A program made the position numbers and the translations under genes. DNA of 64,000 bases from Porphyromonadaceae bacterium UBA2720 (lineage in GTDB: Bacteria; Bacteroidota; Bacteroidia; Bacteroidales; Muribaculaceae): contig DEKO01000147.1 of the NCBI GenBank assembly GCA_002353885.1, positions 4,443 to 68,442 of the forward strand, given 5' to 3'. Numbering within the stretch: the first letter of the stretch is position 1; every line of letters starts with the position of its first letter. The notes beneath the pieces were generated by a model. That model ran no database searches. It saw nothing but the letters and a program-made list of their open reading frames with translations, and was not told the origin of the DNA. Below, piece by piece: positions 9,668 through 18,503 of this stretch.

Positions 9668-11050
9668 ATGTTTTACCATCTGTTTCAATACTTGCAAGAA
9701 TTTGATGTGCCGGGTGCGCATCTGATGGACTATATCACCTTCCGTGCCGGCGTGACGCTGGCCCTGTCGCTGTTCTTTGCTATCGTCATTGGTGGCTCGA
9801 TCATCAAGAAGCTCGAGGCCTACTACAACCGGCAGGGCGGCGAGAACATGCGCGACCTGGACAACGGCGGTAAGATTGTGTCACACACCGATGCCATCGA
9901 GAAGATTCAAGACGTGCTGGCCAACCTCGACGAGACCGACCAGGAGAAGAAGGACGATGTGGCCAAGTGTCTGGAGAAAGACCGCAAGTCGCAGACGCCC
10001 AGTATGGGTGGACTCATCATCATCTTTGCCATCCTGGTGCCGTGTCTGCTCATGGGCAAGCTCAACAACGTCTATATGTTGCTCATGATTCTGGCCACGC
10101 TGTGGTGCGGCGCTCTGGGTTTCCTGGACGACTACATCAAGATTGCTCACCACGACAAGCAGGGCCTCAAGGGTAAGTTCAAGGTCATCGGACAGGTGGG
10201 CCTGGGCATCGTAGTGGCTCTGGTGATGTGGGCCAGCCCAGCCATCGTCATGAGTGAGAACACCGAGGTGCGCAATCCCGAGACCAACCAGATGGAGGTG
10301 GTCCACTCACCGCAGGTCAAGGGTACGCAGACCACCATCCCCTTCATCAAGAACCACAACTTCGACTACGCCAAGGTGGCGCAGTGGGTAGGCTTTGAGG
10401 GCAAGACAGCCCGTGCCATCGGCTGGTTTATTTTTGCCGCCCTGGCCATCTTCATCGTCGTGGCTGTGAGCAACGCAGCCAACCTCACCGACGGCCTTGA
10501 CGGCCTGGCCAGCGGCACAAGCGCCATTGTGGCGGTGGCCCTGGCCATCATGGCCTATCTGAGCGGCAATGTCTTCTATGCCGCCTATCTCAACATCATG
10601 TATATCCCCGACAGTAGCGAGCTGGTGATCTATGCCGCAGCCTTCATCGGGGCCACCATCGGCTTCTTGTGGTACAACTCCTATCCCGCCCAGGTGTTCA
10701 TGGGCGACACCGGCAGTCTGTGCATCGGCGGCATCGTGGGTGTGTTCGCCTTGCTGCTGCGCAAAGAGTGGCTGTTGCCCATCCTGTGTGGTGTGTTCTT
10801 TGTCGAGGCGCTGAGCAACATGTTGCAGACCGGCTACTTCAAGTATACCAAGCGCAAGACCGGTGTGGGTAAGCGCATCTTCAAGATGGCCCCCATCCAT
10901 CACCACTACCAGATACCGGCCGGCAAGATCAAGAACGTCATGTTCCAGAAGCCCATCCACGCCATCCCCGAGAACAAGATAGTGATGCGCTTCTTGCTCA
11001 TCTCTATCATCCTTGCCGTGTTGACCTTCGTCACCTTCAAGGTGAGATAA
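9668..11050 (+). CDS. mraY: Phospho-N-acetylmuramoyl-pentapeptide transferase
   Basis: TPSMGG, GFLDDY, NLTDGLDGL, VFMGDTG, APIHHH. Confidence 0.96.
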   Translation: MFYHLFQYLQEFDVPGAHLMDYITFRAGVTLALSLFFAIVIGGSIIKKLEAYYNRQGGENMRDLDNGGKIVSHTDAIEKIQDVLANLDETDQEKKDDVAKCLEKDRKSQTPSMGGLIIIFAILVPCLLMGKLNNVYMLLMILATLWCGALGFLDDYIKIAHHDKQGLKGKFKVIGQVGLGIVVALVMWASPAIVMSENTEVRNPETNQMEVVHSPQVKGTQTTIPFIKNHNFDYAKVAQWVGFEGKTARAIGWFIFAALAIFIVVAVSNAANLTDGLDGLASGTSAIVAVALAIMAYLSGNVFYAAYLNIMYIPDSSELVIYAAAFIGATIGFLWYNSYPAQVFMGDTGSLCIGGIVGVFALLLRKEWLLPILCGVFFVEALSNMLQTGYFKYTKRKTGVGKRIFKMAPIHHHYQIPAGKIKNVMFQKPIHAIPENKIVMRFLLISIILAVLTFVTFKVR

Positions 11051-11221
11051 GTAACCATAAAAAATAACTTGGCACGATTTATTATTGATATCTCCAGCTC
11101 ATCTTTTTGTCCCTTTTTGCTTTGCTCATCAGTTGTTATGCCCGCATAACTCCTTCTTCACAAAACAAAAATGAACTAAAAAACTGAGCTAAATCATACC
11201 AACTTATTTTATAACGGTTAC
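11051..11221. mobile_element. 171-bp MITE-like element with imperfect terminal inverted repeats and TAA target duplication
   Basis: TAA|GTAACCataaaaaataacttgg ... ccaacttattttataacGGTTAC|TAA; no ORF. Confidence 0.75.
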
Positions 11222-11258
11222 TAAACTCAAAACTCGTAATCAGTAAATAAAAAGATAT

Positions 11259-12593
11259 ATGAAGAGACTAGTAGTATTAGGTGGTGGCGAGAGCGGCGCT
11301 GGAGCAGCCGTGCTCGCACTGAAACAGGGCATGGATGTGTTTCTGAGCGACATGGGACACATCAAGCCCAAGTATAAGGAGTTGCTCGAACAGCACGGCA
11401 TCAGCTGGGAGGAGGGCGGTCACAGCGAGGAGCTCATCCTCAACGCCGACGAGATTGTCAAGAGCCCGGGCATTCCGCTGGAGGCTCCGCTCATTGTCAA
11501 GGCCGTGGAGCGCGGCATACCCATCATCAGCGAGATAGAGTTTGCCGGCCGGTATACCGACGCCAAGATGGTGTGCATCACCGGTAGCAACGGCAAGACC
11601 ACGACGACGATGCTGACCTACCACATCCTCAAGGAGGCAGGCATGGACGTGGGTCTGGCCGGCAATGTGGGCAACAGCCTGGCGCTGCAGGTGGCCGAGG
11701 ACCCGCACGAGGTGTATGTGATTGAGCTGAGCAGCTTCCAACTCGACAACATGTATGACTTCAAGGCCAATGTGGCCGTGCTGCTCAACATCACCCCCGA
11801 CCACTTGGACCGCTACGACCACAAGATGGAGAACTATGTCGCCGCCAAGTTCCGCATCATGCGCAACCAGGGTCCCGACGATGTGTTCATCTACTGGCAG
11901 GACGACCCCATCATCAGCGAGCAGTTGCGACACATGCACACCGAGGCCCAGATGATGCCCTTCAGCGCCGAACATAGCGACGGTTGCACGGCCTGGGTCA
12001 AGGACGGCGAGATGAGCATCAACGTTGACGGCGAGCAGTGGACCATGCCCACCGGCGAGCTGGCCATCCAAGGCCTGCACAACCTGTATAACTCGATGGC
12101 TGCCAGCATCAGTGCCAGTGTGCTGCACATCCAAAAAGATGTCATCCGCCATGCCTTGGGCGACTTCCAGGCAGTGGAGCACCGCCTGGAGTATGTGCGT
12201 ACGCTTGACGGCGTGCGCTGGATCAACGACTCGAAGGCAACCAATGTCAACAGCACGTGGTATGCGCTGGAGAGCATGCGCGACCCGGTGGTGTTGATTT
12301 TGGGCGGCAAGGACAAGGGCAATGACTACAGCGAGATTGAGCCGTTTGTGCGCGAGAAGGTCAAGGCCATCGTGTGCCTGGGTGTGGACAACCGCAAGCT
12401 GCACGCGTTCTTCGACGGCAAGGTGCCCGTGGTGACCGATGCCGGCTCGATGGCCGAGTGTGTGGCCAAGTGTCACGAGTTGGCTCAGAGCGGCGACACG
12501 GTTCTGCTCTCGCCGTGCTGTGCCAGTTTCGACCTGTTCAAGAGTTATGAGGACCGCGGCACGCAGTTCAAGCAGGAGGTGAACAGTTTATAA
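11259..12593 (+). CDS. murD: UDP-MurNAc-L-Ala--D-Glu ligase
   Basis: ITGSNGKTT, ELSSFQL, DHLDRY, NDSKATN, SPCCASFD. Confidence 0.97.
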   Translation: MKRLVVLGGGESGAGAAVLALKQGMDVFLSDMGHIKPKYKELLEQHGISWEEGGHSEELILNADEIVKSPGIPLEAPLIVKAVERGIPIISEIEFAGRYTDAKMVCITGSNGKTTTTMLTYHILKEAGMDVGLAGNVGNSLALQVAEDPHEVYVIELSSFQLDNMYDFKANVAVLLNITPDHLDRYDHKMENYVAAKFRIMRNQGPDDVFIYWQDDPIISEQLRHMHTEAQMMPFSAEHSDGCTAWVKDGEMSINVDGEQWTMPTGELAIQGLHNLYNSMAASISASVLHIQKDVIRHALGDFQAVEHRLEYVRTLDGVRWINDSKATNVNSTWYALESMRDPVVLILGGKDKGNDYSEIEPFVREKVKAIVCLGVDNRKLHAFFDGKVPVVTDAGSMAECVAKCHELAQSGDTVLLSPCCASFDLFKSYEDRGTQFKQEVNSL

Positions 12594-12654
12594 AGTAGTT
12601 AAGGAGTTAAGTGGGGCCTCCCCTACTAAAAACCACTTAACTCTCTTAACTACT
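12594..12654. repeat. Inverted repeat (21/22-nt arms), cargo-free hairpin at the murD/ftsW junction
   Basis: agtagttaaggagttaagtgg ... ccacttaactctcttaactact. Confidence 0.85.
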
Positions 12655-12677
12655 GACAGTAAGGTAAAAAATGCAAT

Positions 12678-14033
12678 ATGACCGAAGACAAGAAGACAAA
12701 ATACGCTGAGATAGCTCAGAAGCATGGTGACCCGTGGATATGGGGCATCTACTTCACGCTCATCATCATCTCGATAGTCGAGAGCTACAGTGCGTCGAGC
12801 CGCATGATCACCACGGCCAGCGTCTATGCCCCCGTCATCAAGCAGTGCGTCTTTCTGGGCATCGGTGCTGGATGCGTGTTTGTGCTGCACCGCTGGGACT
12901 ACAACGACAGCAAGTTCTTGTATCTGATGATTCCGGGCTTGGCGTTGTTCACCATCTTCACGCTCATCTATGTGATGGTGGCCGGCGAGGTCATCAATGG
13001 TGCCCAGCGCGTGATGAAGCTCATTCCCGGCGTAACGCTTCAGCCAGCCGAGTTAGCCAAGCTGTCGATAGTGACGTTGCTGAGCTATATCCTGGCCAAG
13101 AGCCAGAAGAACCGTGACATCTCGACGGGCGGCATGATTGCTGCCGGTGCGGCGGTGACCATCTATGGTGGACTGATGATTCGCTCGGGTATGACCAACA
13201 CCCTGCTGCTGATGGCCATCAGCGTGGCGATGCTGGTCATCGGTGGTGCGCAGTTCCGTAAGATTGTCCTGTTGTTTGGCGCCTATGTCATCATCGGAGG
13301 CATGTTCTTCCTGATCAAGCACCACAACGATGATACCGACCAAGTGATCGCCCAGGCCCAGACCGAGTTTGTAGCCCAGGGCGCCGCAGCCGACAGTGTG
13401 GCTGGGGCAGCTGCAGCCGGCGATACACCCGAGTTCGGGCGATCGGCCACCTGGGTCAACCGCCTCAAGGCGTGGTGGTATAGCGACTCGCTGGTCTATC
13501 GTCCCATCACCAACAAGAACCAGCAGGAGATGTTCTCTCGCATGGCTCAGGCTCATGGTGGTGTGCATGGTGTGGGCATCGGTCAGTCGCGTGAGTGCAG
13601 CCGACTGCCGCTTGCCTTCAGCGACTATATCTACTCGATTATCATCGAGGAGACGGGTATGATCGGTGGTGTGCTGCTGCTGGTGCTGTATCTGTGGCTG
13701 TTGGCACGAGCGGCGATGATCGTGCAACGCAGCACGCGTGTGTTGCCTAGCCTGCTCATCATCGGAATGGCATCATTCATCACGTTGCAGGCATTGTTCC
13801 ACATGGCCATCAATGTGGGTGTGTTCCCTGTCTCGGGTCAGCCCTTGCCGCTGATTTCGGTGGGTGGCACGAGCATCATTGTCATCAGTGTGGCCTTTGG
13901 TGTGATGCTCAGTGTGAGCCGCACCATCGCCAACTATAACAACAAGAACAACAAGGCCGACAACGCTGTGTTGCCCGAGGGCCTGGATGCGGTGAATCCC
14001 ACCCAGATTGTGCCCAAGAATGTGTGGAAATAA
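12678..14033 (+). CDS. ftsW: SEDS family cell division protein FtsW
   Basis: NGAQR, LQPAELAK, SDYIYSIIIEE, GQPLPLISVGGTS; between murD and murG. Confidence 0.93.
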   Translation: MTEDKKTKYAEIAQKHGDPWIWGIYFTLIIISIVESYSASSRMITTASVYAPVIKQCVFLGIGAGCVFVLHRWDYNDSKFLYLMIPGLALFTIFTLIYVMVAGEVINGAQRVMKLIPGVTLQPAELAKLSIVTLLSYILAKSQKNRDISTGGMIAAGAAVTIYGGLMIRSGMTNTLLLMAISVAMLVIGGAQFRKIVLLFGAYVIIGGMFFLIKHHNDDTDQVIAQAQTEFVAQGAAADSVAGAAAAGDTPEFGRSATWVNRLKAWWYSDSLVYRPITNKNQQEMFSRMAQAHGGVHGVGIGQSRECSRLPLAFSDYIYSIIIEETGMIGGVLLLVLYLWLLARAAMIVQRSTRVLPSLLIIGMASFITLQALFHMAINVGVFPVSGQPLPLISVGGTSIIVISVAFGVMLSVSRTIANYNNKNNKADNAVLPEGLDAVNPTQIVPKNVWK

Positions 14034-14045
14034 ACTATGAAGTAA

Positions 14046-14085
14046 AATCGAATGATCGAGCAATCGAACAATCGAGCAATCGAAT
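14046..14085 (+). repeat. Octamer tandem repeat (AATCGARY)x5
   Basis: aatcgaat gatcgagc aatcgaac aatcgagc aatcgaat. Confidence 0.9.
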
Positions 14086-14100
14086 AAAAGAAAAAAGAAG

Positions 14101-15204
14101 ATGAAAAGCTTTATCATCAGCGGTGGTGGCACTGGCGGCCACATCTTTCCCGCGCTGTCGATAGCCGGCGAAATCAGCCGGCGCATGCCCGATGCCCGCA
14201 TCCTGTTTGTGGGTGCCCAGGGGCGCATGGAAATGGAACGCGTGCCTGCAGCAGGCTACGAGATCAAGGGCTTGCCGGTCATGGGTTTTGACCGTAGGCA
14301 CTTGCTTCGCAATGTCAAGGTGGTGTATCACCTGCTCAAGAGCATGCGCATGGCTCGTGGCATCATCAGCGATTTCAAGCCCGACATCGCCATCGGTGTG
14401 GGCGGCTATGCCAGCGGTCCGACCCTGAAGGCCGCTCAGCGCATGGGCATCCCCACGCTGCTGCAGGAGCAGAATTCTTATGCCGGCGTGACCAACAAGC
14501 AGCTGGGTGCAGACGCTCGCTGCATCTGCGTGGCCTATGAGGGCATGGAACGCTTCTTCCCCGCCGACCGCATCGTGCTCACGGGCAACCCCATCCGCCA
14601 GAACTTGCTGGAGTGCACAGCCTCTCAAGCCGAGGCGCGGCGCGCCATGGGTGTGGACCCCGACAAGCGCACCATCCTCATCATCGGTGGCAGCCTGGGC
14701 GCATTGAGCGTCAACCGTGTGATCAGTGCCGGGTTGGAGCGCATCGGTCAGTCCGCCAATCAGGTGCAGGTCATCTGGCAGACCGGCAAGACCAACCGTG
14801 GCACCAGCGAGGAAGACTTGGCAGCTTCGGGGGTGACCAATGTGCTGCGCACTGACTTTATCAGCAACATGGACATGGCCTACCGTGCCGCCGACCTGGT
14901 GGTGTCGCGTGCTGGTGCGAGCAGTATCAGCGAGATACAATGCCTGGGTCTGCCAGCCATCCTGGTGCCATCGCCCAACGTGGCCGAGGACCATCAGACC
15001 AAGAATGCCCAGGCCCTTGCGAGCCGCAACGCGGCCATCATGGTGCGCGATGCCGATGCACCCAACGAGCTTGTCGAATGCATGCTGCGCACCGTCACTA
15101 ACGACGGCGTACTCAAGACGTTGGCCGAGAATGTCGCTGCCATGGCTCAGCGCAACAGTGCAGCCCGCATCGTCGACGAAATTTTCAAGATTATCAGTGG
15201 GTAG
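14101..15204 (+). CDS. murG: Lipid II GlcNAc transferase
   Basis: GGGTGGHIFP, GGYASGP, QEQN, GGSLGA, HQTKNA. Confidence 0.97.
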   Translation: MKSFIISGGGTGGHIFPALSIAGEISRRMPDARILFVGAQGRMEMERVPAAGYEIKGLPVMGFDRRHLLRNVKVVYHLLKSMRMARGIISDFKPDIAIGVGGYASGPTLKAAQRMGIPTLLQEQNSYAGVTNKQLGADARCICVAYEGMERFFPADRIVLTGNPIRQNLLECTASQAEARRAMGVDPDKRTILIIGGSLGALSVNRVISAGLERIGQSANQVQVIWQTGKTNRGTSEEDLAASGVTNVLRTDFISNMDMAYRAADLVVSRAGASSISEIQCLGLPAILVPSPNVAEDHQTKNAQALASRNAAIMVRDADAPNELVECMLRTVTNDGVLKTLAENVAAMAQRNSAARIVDEIFKIISG

Positions 15205-15588
15205 ATCGCGCTCCGCGCTGGTAGAACGCTTCGCTGGTAGTATATGGAATCTTTGCATTTATTGACATAATGGAAAATTCAAAATTCTCCTTCGAAAAGT
15301 TAATCGTGTGGCAGAAATCTCGAGCCATGGTTAAGAGCACCTATCTGGTTCTCAACCAATTCCCTAAGGTTGAGCAGTTTGCACTATGCGACCAAATGAG
15401 ACGAGTTCCTTGGCACTAGATTTAGAGTATATTACAAAGGAGATTTTTGATGCTGTGGCACTTGACATCAAAGAAATATCTCGCATGATTTCCGGTCTAA
15501 AGAAGAATTATGACTTAAAATCCTAAAATCAACCAGTCCCAAAGGGCGGTCTACCAGCATAGCGGTCTACCAGCCCGAAGGGCGATCT
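15203..15588 (+). mobile_element. Putative repeat-armed cassette: 38-nt inverted arms around a four-helix-bundle gene
   Basis: Arms 15203-15240 and 15551-15588 match at 32/38 positions as an inverted repeat; AT-rich cargo. Confidence 0.65.
15270..15526 (+). pseudogene. Four helix bundle protein (TIGR02436 / 23S rRNA IVP-like), internally deleted and frameshifted
   Basis: Not in the ORF track. One frame: MENSKFSFEKLIVWQKSRAM..FPKVEQFALCDQMRR (stop 15419); other frame from 15410: LALDLEYITKE..ISRMISGLKKNYDLKS*; the central SxxxNIAEG region is missing. Confidence 0.85.
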
Positions 15589-15599
15589 TTAAAAGAACA

Positions 15600-16964
15600 A
15601 TGAAACAAAATATCTACTTTATTGGCGCGGGCGGCATTGGAATGGCCGCATTGGAGCGCTACTTTCTGGCACGCGGATGCCGTGTGGCCGGTTATGACCG
15701 CACTCCAAGCGAACTCACGCATGAACTGGAGTCCGAGGGTGTGCACATCGACTATAGCGACGACCCGTCGCTCATTCCCGACTGGTGCCGCGACCCCGAG
15801 CAGACCCTGGTGGTCTACACCGCAGCTATGCCGGCCGACCATCCTGTGCTGAGGTGGTTCTGCGACAATGGCTTTGAGGTCATCAAACGCGCCAAGGCGC
15901 TTGGCATCGTCACCATGCACAGCCGTGGATTGTGCTTTGCTGGCACCCATGGCAAGACCACCACATCGAGCATGGCGGCGCACATCCTGCACCAGAGTGG
16001 GGTGGGGTGTAACGCCTTCTTGGGGGGCATCTTGCGCAACTATGGCTCCAACTTCTTGCTGAGCGACTCTAGTCCCTACTCGGTCATCGAGGCCGACGAG
16101 TTTGACCGCTCGTTCCATCAGCTCACTCCCTGGGTTGCCGTGATCACCTCTACCGATCCCGACCACCTCGACATCTATGGCACCGAGGAGGCCTATCTGG
16201 AGAGCTTTGCCCACTTCACCTCGCTCATTAGGCCCGACGGAGCACTCATCGTGCACACGGGGCTGAAACTTGTGCCACGTCCGCACGAGGGTGTGAAGGT
16301 GTACACCTACAGCCGCCATGATGGCGACTTCCATGCGCAGAACATCCGCAAGGCTGACGGCGACATCACCTTCGACCTGGTCACGCCATGGGAGGTGATA
16401 GCCGACATCAGCCTGGGGGTGCCCGTCGACATCAACATCGATAATGCCATCGCAGCCATGGCGGCTTGCCGGCTCACTGAGGTTAGCGCTGATGACATGC
16501 GCCGCGCCATCGCCACCTTCCAGGGCCCCAAGCGCCGCTTTGAGTTCTGGCTGAAAGAGCCCGGCGAGCACGGACGCGTGATGATTGACGACTATGCCCA
16601 CCACCCTGACGAGTTGCGCGCTAGCATCACCAGTGTGCGCGACCTCTATCCTGGCCGCCGGTTGGGTGTCATTTTTCAGCCGCATCTCTACACTCGCACA
16701 CGCGACTTCGCGCCCGAGTTTGCCCAGGTGCTGTCGCTGGCCGACGAGGTCTATCTGCTTCCCATCTATCCAGCACGCGAGCAGCCCATTCCCGGTGTCA
16801 CCAGCGAGATCATACTCAACAGGCTCACATGTGCTAAAAAAGCTATAATTCCGCGCGAAAAATTGGTCGAATCGATTAAAAGCCTTAACTTTGACGTTTT
16901 GTTGACCGTCGGTGCCGGCGATATCGACCGCCTCTTGCCCGACATCCGCCAGCAGCTACTCTAG
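15600..16964 (+). CDS. murC: UDP-MurNAc--L-Ala ligase
   Basis: GAGGIGM, GTHGKTTT, EADEFDRSF, DDYAHHP, FQPHLYTRT. Confidence 0.97.
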   Translation: MKQNIYFIGAGGIGMAALERYFLARGCRVAGYDRTPSELTHELESEGVHIDYSDDPSLIPDWCRDPEQTLVVYTAAMPADHPVLRWFCDNGFEVIKRAKALGIVTMHSRGLCFAGTHGKTTTSSMAAHILHQSGVGCNAFLGGILRNYGSNFLLSDSSPYSVIEADEFDRSFHQLTPWVAVITSTDPDHLDIYGTEEAYLESFAHFTSLIRPDGALIVHTGLKLVPRPHEGVKVYTYSRHDGDFHAQNIRKADGDITFDLVTPWEVIADISLGVPVDINIDNAIAAMAACRLTEVSADDMRRAIATFQGPKRRFEFWLKEPGEHGRVMIDDYAHHPDELRASITSVRDLYPGRRLGVIFQPHLYTRTRDFAPEFAQVLSLADEVYLLPIYPAREQPIPGVTSEIILNRLTCAKKAIIPREKLVESIKSLNFDVLLTVGAGDIDRLLPDIRQQLL

Positions 16965-16966
16965 TT

Positions 16967-17438
16967 TCAGACAATAAAGACATAAAGACATATTTTTATA
17001 TGTATGGATGTTGAACAAATCATGTCAGACATAGTTCAAAGTGCCTATGAAGTCAGAGGTGCGCTTAAGCCAGGCTTTTTAGAGAAAGTCTATGAGAATG
17101 CCATGGCAATAGAACTTCGCTCTAGAGGCTATGAGGTTAAGCAACAGGTCTCCATTGATGTGAGGTATAAAGGGTATCAAGTAGGTGACTATATAGCCGA
17201 TCTCATTGTCAATGACAGGGTTGTCATTGAAATCAAGGCCACGAGAAATATCGATGTGACTCATGAGCTGCAAACAGTTTCTTATCTGACTGCTACGGGG
17301 ATAGACAATGGCATTATTCTCAATTTTGGCAATCCTGATAAAGTTCAAATAAAAAGGAAATATCGAATATTCAGAACAAGACAATAAAGATTGCAAATGG
17401 CCAATATAAAAAATTGTCTTTATGTCTTTTTCGTCTAA
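16967..17438 (+). mobile_element. Putative repeat-armed cassette: 25-nt inverted arms around the GxxExxY gene
   Basis: tcagacaataaagacataaagacat (16967-16991) vs ttgtctttatgtctttttcgtctaa (17414-17438), 21/25 match. Confidence 0.65.
17004..17387 (+). CDS. GxxExxY protein (PD-(D/E)XK nuclease-like)
   Basis: GFLEKVY motif, ADLIV..VIEIK catalytic pattern, GIILNFG; AT-rich, atypical codon usage. Confidence 0.92.
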   Translation: MDVEQIMSDIVQSAYEVRGALKPGFLEKVYENAMAIELRSRGYEVKQQVSIDVRYKGYQVGDYIADLIVNDRVVIEIKATRNIDVTHELQTVSYLTATGIDNGIILNFGNPDKVQIKRKYRIFRTRQ

Positions 17439-17449
17439 AAAAAGAAAAA

Positions 17450-18346
17450 TTGAAACGGATTATTCAAAATATGATATTGCTGGTCATGGCGGGGCTGCTG
17501 CTGTGGGGCATCTTCTGGGCCCGCGGCAAGGCAGCCGATGAGCTGTGCCAGCGCGTCGAGGTAACCATCGACAATGCCGACAGCACACAGTTTGTCACCC
17601 CGCAAGGCGTCATTACCGAGCTGGCCAGCCTGGGCTTCAAGGTCGTGGGCAAACCCATGTGGCAAATCGATGCCAGTCGCATCGAGCAGGCATTGCAGCG
17701 GTCGGACTATCTGGAGAAGGCCGAGTGTGTCAAGGGTCCCGATGGCGTGCTGATGATTCGCGTCAGCCAACTGGTGCCCGTGCTCAGGGTCTTCGACGGC
17801 GACCAGAGCTACTATGTCAACCGCTACGGCAAGAAGATGAGCGCCACAGCCAGCTATCATGCCGACGTTCCGGTGGTGCAGGGGCACTTCACCGATCGTT
17901 ACCCCGCCACCCGGCTGTTGCCCATGGTGCAATATGTCGAGGGCGACTCGCTGCTGCGCTCGCTGGTGACCATGTTCACCATGCGCGACAGCGACAACAT
18001 CTTCATTGTCCCCGCCATCTATGGCCACGTCGTCAACATGGGCAATGCCGCTGACTATGAGGCCAAGTTCCGCAAGCTCAAGCTCTTCTACCGCAAGGTC
18101 ATGCCTGCCAAGGGGTGGGAGACCTACGACACCATCTCGGTCAAGTGGGACCACCAGGTCGTGGCCACCCGTCGTCACAAGGCTGTGAAGATTGAGATGA
18201 CCTACGACTCGGCCTACGACGAACCCGAGACCGACATCCAGACCATGTCGATCGACGAAGACCGCCACACCCTGGCTGTCGACAGCAAGAAGAAACAAGC
18301 GACAAGCGACAAAAAGCAAGAAACAAGAGACAAGAAACAACAATAA
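17450..18346 (+). CDS. ftsQ: Cell division protein FtsQ/DivIB
   Basis: N-terminal TM and POTRA-like region, position before ftsA; TTG start at 17450 chosen because the ORF-track start lies in the repeat arm. Confidence 0.85.
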   Translation: MKRIIQNMILLVMAGLLLWGIFWARGKAADELCQRVEVTIDNADSTQFVTPQGVITELASLGFKVVGKPMWQIDASRIEQALQRSDYLEKAECVKGPDGVLMIRVSQLVPVLRVFDGDQSYYVNRYGKKMSATASYHADVPVVQGHFTDRYPATRLLPMVQYVEGDSLLRSLVTMFTMRDSDNIFIVPAIYGHVVNMGNAADYEAKFRKLKLFYRKVMPAKGWETYDTISVKWDHQVVATRRHKAVKIEMTYDSAYDEPETDIQTMSIDEDRHTLAVDSKKKQATSDKKQETRDKKQQ

Positions 18347-18371
18347 CCTTGCTTGTTCTCACAAAAAATGC

Positions 18372-18379
18372 TAACTTTG
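18372..18379 (+). promoter_or_regulatory. Internal -7 promoter box TAACTTTG for ftsA-ftsZ
   Basis: TAnnTTTG with CTTG about 20 nt upstream. Confidence 0.65.
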
Positions 18380-18397
18380 CCCATTTAAACCAACGAA

Positions 18398-18425
18398 GGG
18401 TAAGGGGTAAAGGGTAAGGGGTAAA
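18398..18425 (+). repeat. Heptamer repeat (GGGTAAR)x4
   Basis: gggtaag gggtaaa gggtaag gggtaaa. Confidence 0.9.
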
Positions 18426-18434
18426 GGTCTGTGT

Positions 18435-18503
18435 GTCCCCCCCAAGCCCCCCTAAGGGGGGTGTACAATGTGGCTGATTCCCCCTTTAGGGGGCTAGGGG
18501 GAC
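18435..18503. repeat. REP-like inverted doublet (CCCCCTWAGGGGG type)
   Basis: gtcccccccaagcccccctaagggggg ... ccccctttagggggctagggggac; each unit internally palindromic. Confidence 0.75.

Noticed and set aside
15203-15588. Diversity-generating retroelement (cargo has an Avd-like fold)
   Set aside because: No reverse transcriptase and no TR/VR pair seen in the window.
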